From positions 8,418-72,417 of the forward strand of contig CALCGJ010000220.1 in assembly GCA_937900965.1 (NCBI GenBank): DNA of 64,000 bases. Reading direction: 5' to 3'. Positions 57,617 to 64,000 of the stretch are shown here, in pieces. Positions within the stretch are counted from its first letter, which is position 1, and each line of letters starts with the position of its first letter. The DNA comes from an uncultured Bacteroidota bacterium. Lineage in GTDB: Bacteria; Bacteroidota; Bacteroidia; Bacteroidales; FEN-979. Made by a program: the position numbers and the translations under genes. The notes under the pieces are model-generated. The model was not told the DNA's origin. It saw only the letters and a program-made list of their open reading frames with translations, and did not search any database.

Positions 57617-59692
57617 TTACATTCCTGATGCTGGTGGAGCCGGGTCATCAGGTTTCCCTGCAGTCTTCAACGGGATCTGGATCATAACAAATCCTATGAG
57701 TCCGATAACCACAAGGCTGATCAGGAACGATGGGTGCTGGAAGAAGACGAAGTAGTCGTAGATGAATATATTGACCACTGCCAGGATAGCGATCACCAGG
57801 CCCATCAATGCCTCTCCCGCAATCATCCCGGAAGCAAGCAACACACCCGTATTCTCTACCCGCGTTTTCTGTGCCTGGTTGTATTTCCTTTTTTCGGTGA
57901 ACCAATCTACAGCACCTTTGAAGATACCTCCAACGAAAATGGCAAAGGTTGTTTCAATAGGAAGATACATTCCCACGCAGACAAGCATAGGGCTTTTTAC
58001 CTGCATCAGGATAAAAGCTGTTCCCATCAGCATGCCGGCAATTATCAGGGGCCAGGCCATTGCTCCTTCCACGATTCCACGTGACAGGATAGCCATCAGG
58101 CTTGCCTGGGGAGCAGAAAGGTTTTTACTGCCGAAACCTCCCTGATACCCGAGATTGTTTCCACTTGCGATATCCCCCTCATGGAGATAAGCCAGAACGA
58201 CGAACATCACTGCACCGGCAAAGATGACACCAATGATATCACCTACCTGCATCCGCCAGGGTGTACCTCCAAGGATGTGTCCCGCTTTGAGGTCCTGGAG
58301 CATTTCACCGGCTACGGCAGCAGAGACACACACGATGGCTGCCACACCAAGCACGGCGGCTACTCCTGCTTCACCCTGTACGCCTAATCCCACCAGGATC
58401 AGTGCCGTCACTACCAGAGCAGTAAGAGTCAGTCCACTGATCGGATTGTTACTGGATCCCATGATCCCAACAAGGTAGCCTGATACGGCGCCAAAGAAGA
58501 ATGCCAGGATGATCATAAGGGTAGATGCAACAACAGCTATCAGGACACTGGTTTCAAAGATGAAATATGTGATACCGAATGTGAGTACAGCTACAACACC
58601 AATTCCGGCCATGATTACGCCAAAGCTCAGGTCGCGTTCAATTCGAATTTCGCTCTTTTCGATGCCTGAAGCGGCTTTTTTTACATCGGAGATGGACCGT
58701 CCGATTCCGGTAATGAGGCTTTTCCTCATTTTATATAACGTATAGCTGGCACTCACCAACATCCCGCCAATGGCGATAGGTCGTATGATGAAACGCCAGA
58801 CAGAGGAGATCTGATAGGATGGATCGGTAACCCGCTCCATGGCAGCTTCCGCTGACAGAGTTGGGTCAGAGCTCATCAGATAGGTTGCCCATGCCTGAAA
58901 ATCGAAGCTGGGCAGCAAAAAATAGAGGATCATTGGGGCAAGTAATCCCCAGGCAATTATTCCTCCACTGAAGTTCAATGCACCTAACCGTGGTCCTATG
59001 ATATATCCGACACCCATATATGCCGGGCTTACTCCGGGAGAGCTGAGAAGCATCCCCCCTTTTCCTGTAAATACTGTTCCTGCAATGGTTTGCTGTGAAA
59101 AGGTGATAAATTTTTCCCAGATATACTGAAAAAGTCTGACTTCAGCCAGAATTTTGATCAGACCACCCATTCCCATTGCCCAAAATAGAAACCTGGATCC
59201 TCCTGAGCCTGACTGGCCGGCTTTATGGATCTCGGCGGCAGCCAGTGATTCGGGAAACGGGAGTTCGGCATCTTCCACCATTACCCGTCTCAGCAAGGCG
59301 ACGAACATAATCCCGAGAATACCACCGGAGATCAGAATCAATGTAGATGTAACGTAATGCCCGGCTGTGAAAAACTCAGGCCACACACCTGAAATAAAGA
59401 AAGCCGGTAGGGTGAAGATGGCACCGGCAGCAACCGACTCCCCAATGGAACCAACGGTCCGTGTGAAGTTCTCTTCAAGGATAGTTCCCCTTAGCATCCG
59501 AAGGACAGCCATGCCAAGTACTGCAGCCGGATATGTGGCTGCAATGGTCATCCCGGCCTTCAGTCCGAGATAGGCATTGGCGGCTCCAAGGATCACAGCG
59601 AAAAAGAGGCCTATGATGAGGGCTCTGACGGTGAATTCACGCATTTTCGTCTCTGACGAAACGAAAGGGACGAATTTCGGGTGTTCAGACAT
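57617..59692 (-). CDS. OPT-family oligopeptide transporter
   Basis: 691 aa and polytopic, with REFTVRA…G…..ANAYLGLK.GMT and other OPT-type blocks. Confidence 0.88.
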   Translation of the reverse strand: MSEHPKFVPFVSSETKMREFTVRALIIGLFFAVILGAANAYLGLKAGMTIAATYPAAVLGMAVLRMLRGTILEENFTRTVGSIGESVAAGAIFTLPAFFISGVWPEFFTAGHYVTSTLILISGGILGIMFVALLRRVMVEDAELPFPESLAAAEIHKAGQSGSGGSRFLFWAMGMGGLIKILAEVRLFQYIWEKFITFSQQTIAGTVFTGKGGMLLSSPGVSPAYMGVGYIIGPRLGALNFSGGIIAWGLLAPMILYFLLPSFDFQAWATYLMSSDPTLSAEAAMERVTDPSYQISSVWRFIIRPIAIGGMLVSASYTLYKMRKSLITGIGRSISDVKKAASGIEKSEIRIERDLSFGVIMAGIGVVAVLTFGITYFIFETSVLIAVVASTLMIILAFFFGAVSGYLVGIMGSSNNPISGLTLTALVVTALILVGLGVQGEAGVAAVLGVAAIVCVSAAVAGEMLQDLKAGHILGGTPWRMQVGDIIGVIFAGAVMFVVLAYLHEGDIASGNNLGYQGGFGSKNLSAPQASLMAILSRGIVEGAMAWPLIIAGMLMGTAFILMQVKSPMLVCVGMYLPIETTFAIFVGGIFKGAVDWFTEKRKYNQAQKTRVENTGVLLASGMIAGEALMGLVIAILAVVNIFIYDYFVFFQHPSFLISLVVIGLIGFVMIQIPLKTAGKPDDPAPPASGM

Positions 59693-59753
59693 AAAATCGA
59701 ATTTTTGTGGTTATCAGTTTCAGGCCTCTAAGTAACAAAAAAAAGTGAGGCGG

Positions 59754-60380
59754 TCAAAGACCTGGGATGTAAATCATTTTTTTTGAGACAAAGAATGGTT
59801 CAGAGAAAAAATCAGAAAGGGCAGTAATAGTTGCACCTGAATGTAATGAGTGCACCTCTGTTTCAATATCCCCTCCTCCCAGATAGAAAATCCCGTTCTT
59901 CATCTTGTTTTTGTGCTCACGGGCAATTTTTCTTCTTGCCATTGGGTAAAATTCGGTTATCCCTTTCACAGCTCTTCCGGTTATGAAGTCATAGGTGCCC
60001 TTTGCCGATTCAAAACGAATCTGGAGCGGTTCTATGTTTTTTAACTTTAGCTCTTTCCCGATTTCTGATACCACCCTGATTTTTTTCCCAACCGAGTCAG
60101 CAAGCGTAAAGTTGGCTTCAGGGTAGAGAATAGCAAGAGGAATACCGGGTAATCCACCACCTGTTCCGGCATCCAGAATCCTGGTCCCTGGAGCAAACCT
60201 GATGGCAAGTCCAATGGCAAGAGAGTGAAGGATGTGGTGAAGGTAGAGATTGTCGATATCCTTCCTGGATATCACATTAATTTTGTCGTTCCAGAAATGA
60301 TAAAGATCACCCAGCGCAATAAACTGTTGATATTGGCTGGGTGTAAGGGTTGGGAAATATTTCTCTACAATGGATACCAG
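59754..60380 (-). CDS. rsmG: 16S rRNA (guanine527-N7)-methyltransferase RsmG; the start codon is non-canonical or unresolved
   Basis: It contains GTGGGLPGIPLAI and the overall GidB layout. Homology (…EKYFPTLTPSQYQQFIALGDLYHFWNDKINVISRKD…) continues 35 codons upstream of the track's GTG start (60275). That stretch has no ATG/GTG/TTG, so the 5' end is set provisionally at the CTG at 60380 (alternative: ATT at 60371). Confidence 0.8.
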   Translation of the reverse strand: MVSIVEKYFPTLTPSQYQQFIALGDLYHFWNDKINVISRKDIDNLYLHHILHSLAIGLAIRFAPGTRILDAGTGGGLPGIPLAILYPEANFTLADSVGKKIRVVSEIGKELKLKNIEPLQIRFESAKGTYDFITGRAVKGITEFYPMARRKIAREHKNKMKNGIFYLGGGDIETEVHSLHSGATITALSDFFSEPFFVSKKMIYIPGL

Positions 60381-60390
60381 AGAGTGAGTA

Positions 60391-60942
60391 TTATTCTGCT
60401 TTCTTTTTCGTTTTTGTTGCTTTTGCTTTGGTGTCAGGAGCAGCAGTTTTTTTTGTTGCAGCAGGTTTCTTAGCGGTTGCCTTTTCAGCAGCAGGTTTCT
60501 TAGCGGTTTCCTTTTCAGCTGCCGGTTTTTTAGCTGCCGGTTTTTTTACAGCCGGTTTTTTAGCTGCCGGTTTTTTTATAGCCGGTTTTTTAGCTGCCGG
60601 TTTTTTGGTAGCCTCAGGTGTTACAACCTCTTTCTTTGTATCTGCGGCAGGAGTTTCAGTTTCAGCGGTTTCAACTGCAACGGTTTTAACTGCAGGGGCT
60701 TCAACCGTAAGGGTTTCAACTACAACAGTTTCAACAATTGGAGTCTCAATAACAGGTGTCTCAACGACAGGAGATTCAACTACCACAACTTTTTTAACCT
60801 TCTCAGCCTTCTTGGGCTTAACCTCTTTTTTTGCTTTTTTGACAACTACCTGGGTAGCTTTTTTTGCTTTTCTGGGGCGGCTTACACCATAGCTCTTGTT
60901 TATAATTTTGCCTCTTCGGCTCTTTTTATCTCCTTTTCCCAT
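60391..60942 (-). CDS. Ribosomal protein THX-like N-terminus fused to a long K/A/P- and E/T/P/V-repeat tail (183 aa)
   Basis: The N-terminus MGKGDKKSRRGKIINKSYGVSRPRK matches the THX (bTHX) peptide as I recall it from Thermus ([24 protein letters not shown]). The rest is (V/I)ETP-type repeats followed by about 8 KKPA(A/V/I) pentapeptides, encoded by 15/30-nt DNA repeats. Confidence 0.7.
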   Translation of the reverse strand: MGKGDKKSRRGKIINKSYGVSRPRKAKKATQVVVKKAKKEVKPKKAEKVKKVVVVESPVVETPVIETPIVETVVVETLTVEAPAVKTVAVETAETETPAADTKKEVVTPEATKKPAAKKPAIKKPAAKKPAVKKPAAKKPAAEKETAKKPAAEKATAKKPAATKKTAAPDTKAKATKTKKKAE

Positions 60943-60997
60943 AACGGACTATTTTGATTTTCTTTCTTGTATTAGAGGCGGCAAAAGTAATAAATAT

Positions 60998-61693
60998 TTA
61001 TGGATTGTCCATGAACTTCCGAATGAGTAAATCAGGCTTTTTAATCACGGCAGCAGCCCAGGCAATGAATATATCTGTTTCTTCTTCATCAGTTAACCTC
61101 CAATCGACGTCTGAGGAGTGCAGCCTGGATGTAAGGGAATGCAATAGAATAGCTGCAGAAACGCTGATATTCAGGCTCTCCGTAAAACCTACCATGGGTA
61201 TGCGGATAAATTGATCTGCCTGGCTAACAGCTTCAGGTGTCAGACCATGAAGTTCGGTGCCAAAGAGCAGTGCGAACTTCTTCCCGATGGGAAATGAATC
61301 AGGCGTAAAGTCATGCTGGTGAGGTGTTGTAGCTACAATCTGATAGCCCTGTTCCTTTAATCCTGAAAGACAGCTTGTTGTATTGTTCTCAGCCTGGTTG
61401 TGTTTTATCAGGTTTAACCATTTGGCAGATCCAAGAGCTACATCGGGATTAACCTCGTATTTATTTTTATTCTCGATGATGTGAACATCCTGTACCCCAA
61501 AACAATCGCACGTTCGTAATACAGCACTGGCGTTGTGTGGCTGGTAAATATCTTCTAGTACGATAGTGATATACCGGGTTCGGAAGCGGATAATCCTGGT
61601 AAATTTTTGTTGTTTGTTTTCAGAAATGAAGGTGAGCAGGTGTGTAAGAATCCTCTGTTTATCAGAGAGGGAGTATCTGTTAATAAAGTCCAT
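60998..61693 (-). CDS. trmH: TrmH/SpoU-family RNA 2'-O-methyltransferase
   Basis: It contains …VLEDIYQPHNASAVLRTCD.FGVQDVHII…, …LLFG.E..GL…. and IPM.G..ESLN.SV.AAI. I prefer the start MDFINRY at 61693. Confidence 0.82.
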   Translation of the reverse strand: MDFINRYSLSDKQRILTHLLTFISENKQQKFTRIIRFRTRYITIVLEDIYQPHNASAVLRTCDCFGVQDVHIIENKNKYEVNPDVALGSAKWLNLIKHNQAENNTTSCLSGLKEQGYQIVATTPHQHDFTPDSFPIGKKFALLFGTELHGLTPEAVSQADQFIRIPMVGFTESLNISVSAAILLHSLTSRLHSSDVDWRLTDEEETDIFIAWAAAVIKKPDLLIRKFMDNP

Positions 61694-61764
61694 CGCTATC
61701 TTTTTCAGAATGAGTTGTAAAAGTAAAAAAAAGTGCCCTGATGCCTTCATTTCAAGAAAAAAAC

Positions 61765-61772
61765 TAATTTTG
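61765..61772 (+). promoter_or_regulatory. -7 promoter box TAATTTTG
   Basis: TAnnTTTG match 31 nt upstream of the ATG at 61803. Confidence 0.45.
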
Positions 61773-61802
61773 CACTTCCAAAATCAAGCAAATACCCCAA
61801 CT

Positions 61803-62501
61803 ATGACCGCAAAAAAGGTTGATACGAAGAAGGCAGATGAACGACTCCATTCTGTTGAAATGGCACTGAGTAAGACAGAAACGTTTATAGAGAATAATCA
61901 GAATATTATCCTGATAGTAGTTGGAATCCTGATTGTCATTGTCCTTGGATTTTTCGGGTTCAGGAAATATTACCTTGAGCCAAAAGAGAAAGAGGCGCAG
62001 GGGCAAATGTTTATGGCTGAGATGTATTTCGAACAGGATTCTCTTTCGCGAGCACTCAATGGAGATGGGAACTACCTGGGGTTTCTTGATATCATTGATC
62101 AGTACGGCCTGACTAAATCGGCTAACCTGGCCACTTATTATGCAGGTATCACATATCTCAAAATGGGTAGTTTTGATCAAGCAATTGAATATCTCAAGGA
62201 TTTTGATGGCGATGACAAGGTAGCTGCTCCCATGGCTACAGGAGCTATCGGGGATGCATACATGGAGCTTAATAATGTAGATAAAGCGATTGACTATTAT
62301 ATTGCAGCTGCCGACCAGAGTGATAACGAACTCACGGCACCTCTCTTCCTGATGAAAGCAGGGATGGCTTATGAGATCCAGGGAAATTACCGCCGTGCTC
62401 TGACAATGTATAATCGCATCAAGCAAGAGTATCCACGTTCATTTGAAGGCACCCAGATTGACAGATTCATCAGTTTTTCCAAAATGAAAGCGGAAAAATA
62501 G
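61803..62501 (+). CDS. Membrane-anchored TPR protein (YfgM-like)
   Basis: The start MTAKKVDTKK… is followed by one TM segment (IILIVVGILIVIVLGFFGF) and then TPR-like helices. The track ORF start at 61566 overlaps trmH and lies upstream of the promoter box. Confidence 0.75.
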   Translation: MTAKKVDTKKADERLHSVEMALSKTETFIENNQNIILIVVGILIVIVLGFFGFRKYYLEPKEKEAQGQMFMAEMYFEQDSLSRALNGDGNYLGFLDIIDQYGLTKSANLATYYAGITYLKMGSFDQAIEYLKDFDGDDKVAAPMATGAIGDAYMELNNVDKAIDYYIAAADQSDNELTAPLFLMKAGMAYEIQGNYRRALTMYNRIKQEYPRSFEGTQIDRFISFSKMKAEK

Positions 62502-62571
62502 GACAGACGTATGACGTGAGACTGAGATGAAGGATGCAGGGAGGTAGGATAAAAGAACTAAATTGTTTCGA

Positions 62572-62602
62572 GCCAGTAGTTTAATATTACTGGCTTTTTT
62601 TT
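62572..62602 (+). terminator. Rho-independent terminator after the TPR gene
   Basis: The sequence reads GCCAGTA-gtttaatat-TACTGGC followed by T8. It lies inside the 5' extension of the track's fmt ORF, which supports the later fmt start. Confidence 0.75.
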
Positions 62603-62634
62603 ATTTTGCATTGTTTTCCAGTACTTTTGAACGA

Positions 62635-63597
62635 ATGAAAGAGTTTCCCCGAATTGTTTTTTTTGGAACGCCGGATTTTGCCGTGGCCTCGCTAGATGCT
62701 TTGATAAAAGCTGATTTTGCTGTTGTTGGGGTTGTAACTGCACCTGACAGGGAAGCTGGGAGGGGCTTGACAATGTCGCAGTCGCCAATAAAGCGATATG
62801 CTGTCAAAAATTCTCTGCCGCTTTTTCAACCTGAGAAACTGAAAAGTCCGGATTTTATACAGACACTTTCAGTACTTAAGCCTGATATACAGGTTGTTGT
62901 AGCATATCGTATGTTGCCAAAGGAGGTATGGAGTTTCCCTCTTCTGGGAACGTTTAACCTTCATGCATCACGTTTGCCTCAGTACAGGGGAGCAGCCCCT
63001 ATTAATTGGGCCATTATTAACGGCGAAGAGGAGACTGGTGTTACAACGTTCTTTATTGATGATGAGATTGATACCGGAGCTGTTTTGTTGCAGGAGGGTA
63101 TCCATATCAGATCTGAAGAGTGTGCCGGAGAGTTGCATGACCGACTGAAGATCCTCGGGGCAGGACTTGTTGTAAAAACGGTTAAAAGAATTGTTACAGG
63201 AGATATTGCCCCAAGAACGCAGGTATTATTAAGTCCGGACACCGATATGCTCAAGCTGGCTCCAAAAATTCGTAAGAGCGATACTGTTATTAATTGGAAC
63301 CAGGACACACACATCGTATATAATCAAATCCGGGGACTGACTCCCTCCCCTGGAGTATACACCGAAATTGAGCTCAAAGATGGATCTTTCATCCGGGTAA
63401 AAATTGGATCGGTCAGGGTGTCTTACGACTCGCAACAACAGACATTTATCCCCGGAGATGTCGTCTCAGACAGAAAACGATTTCTAAAAATAGGTACCCG
63501 GGATGGATATATCGAGGTCTTGACCCTGCAGCCGGCCTCAAAAAAACACATGAATATCCGGGATTTTTTAAATGGATCTGGGGCTCTGTTAGCATGA
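62635..63597 (+). CDS. fmt: Methionyl-tRNA formyltransferase
   Basis: It contains MKEFPRIVFFGTPDFAV…, NLHAS.LP.YRGAAPI.WAIING and the C-terminal domain. Confidence 0.93.
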   Translation: MKEFPRIVFFGTPDFAVASLDALIKADFAVVGVVTAPDREAGRGLTMSQSPIKRYAVKNSLPLFQPEKLKSPDFIQTLSVLKPDIQVVVAYRMLPKEVWSFPLLGTFNLHASRLPQYRGAAPINWAIINGEEETGVTTFFIDDEIDTGAVLLQEGIHIRSEECAGELHDRLKILGAGLVVKTVKRIVTGDIAPRTQVLLSPDTDMLKLAPKIRKSDTVINWNQDTHIVYNQIRGLTPSPGVYTEIELKDGSFIRVKIGSVRVSYDSQQQTFIPGDVVSDRKRFLKIGTRDGYIEVLTLQPASKKHMNIRDFLNGSGALLA

Positions 63598-63604
63598 AAC
63601 CCTT

Positions 63605-63637
63605 GTTAATTGTGGCTTTTCGGCCACAGTTATTAAC
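63605..63637 (+). terminator. Candidate terminator hairpin after fmt
   Basis: The sequence reads GTTAATTGTGGC-ttttcg-GCCACAGTTATTAAC, with a bulged stem. There is no strong U-tract. Confidence 0.4.
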
Positions 63638-63707
63638 AAAATCATCGATTTATTAACATTTATTGTGCTTTTAGACGACCAACCATTGACAATGCCCGTA
63701 AATAGTG

Positions 63708-63715
63708 TATATTTG
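63708..63715 (+). promoter_or_regulatory. -7 promoter box TATATTTG for the HU gene
   Basis: TAnnTTTG match 41 nt upstream of the ATG at 63756. Confidence 0.45.
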
Positions 63716-63755
63716 TGAGGTTAAAAAAATGAGTATTCACTTAAATTGAATGAAA

Positions 63756-64000
63756 ATGAACAAGGCTCAATTAATCGAAGCAATCGCTGCTGAGGCAAAA
63801 ATGACAAAAGCTGATGCCAAAAGGGCATTGGAAGCTGTAGTTGGAGCCACTACCAAGGCTCTGGCCAAGGGTGAGAGAGTTGCTTTAGTTGGTTTCGGTT
63901 CTTTTGCAGTTTCCAAAAGAGCTGCTCGTAAAGGCCGCAATCCGCAAAATGGCAAAGAAATCAAGATTGCTGCCAAGAAAGTGGTAAAATTCAAAGCTGG
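63756..64000 (+). CDS. HU-family DNA-binding protein; the 3' end lies outside the window
   Basis: It is not in the ORF track because no stop falls inside the window. The translation is [82 protein letters not shown]. Confidence 0.92.
   Translation, partial: MNKAQLIEAIAAEAKMTKADAKRALEAVVGATTKALAKGERVALVGFGSFAVSKRAARKGRNPQNGKEIKIAAKKVVKFKA

Noticed and set aside
60350-60892. A 180-aa + strand ORF (AAGFLA… / VSTT… repeats)
   Set aside because: It is the antisense shadow of the K/A/P and E/T/P/V repeat tail. The minus-strand frame starts with a recognisable THX motif, so it is taken as the real gene.

Overview
This is a dense, mostly housekeeping chromosomal segment from a Bacteroidota-type genome. 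The phylum call rests on three things read from the sequence: a T9SS C-terminal sorting domain, TAnnTTTG -7 promoter boxes in front of most transcription units, and lipid A and outer-membrane gene content. I can support about 58 protein genes. These include a transsulfuration enzyme, thrC, thrH, gcvP, an lsrF-like aldolase plus a Zn-ADH, hppA, nupC-family, thyA, folA, dnaB, lpxK, PNP, nif3, proS, mazG, a peroxiredoxin, a TolC/MacB-permease/HlyD efflux set, gyrB, wecB, a MATE pump, a GT plus YfhO pair, pepD, an OPT transporter, rsmG, trmH and fmt. Three further calls correct or extend the ORF track: an RNase P RNA (rnpB) that the track misreads as several ORFs, a 53-aa rpmH gene absent from the track, and a partial HU gene at the 3' edge. 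I saw no transposase, integrase, phage gene, CRISPR array, tRNA or rRNA. The only clearly accessory stretch is about 10.5-16.1 kb. It holds a HEPN/MNT toxin-antitoxin pair, a decayed GH29 fucosidase remnant, and an ECF sigma, anti-sigma and T9SS PKD-cargo operon. I did not find a self-evident multi-gene novel system. The observations most worth follow-up are: (1) a ribosomal THX-like N-terminus fused to a ~150-aa histone-H1-like K/A/P and E/T/P/V repeat tail; (2) rsmG, whose conserved N-terminal coding region has no ATG/GTG/TTG and begins just after that gene's stop; (3) a recurring family of 7-9 nt tandem repeats sitting at gene boundaries, some G-quadruplex-capable and some placing stop codons in all three frames; (4) a secreted G/Y/W-repeat plus S/T/P/R/Q low-complexity protein in an operon with a FadL-like OMP; (5) an anti-sigma factor whose C-terminus looks like an outer-membrane beta-barrel; (6) an orphan LsrF-like thiolase with a Zn-ADH; (7) an OPT transporter, PqqD-like protein and PepD module; and (8) thrH next to thrC. 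All homology statements come from reading the translations and from remembered family motifs. No database search was run.
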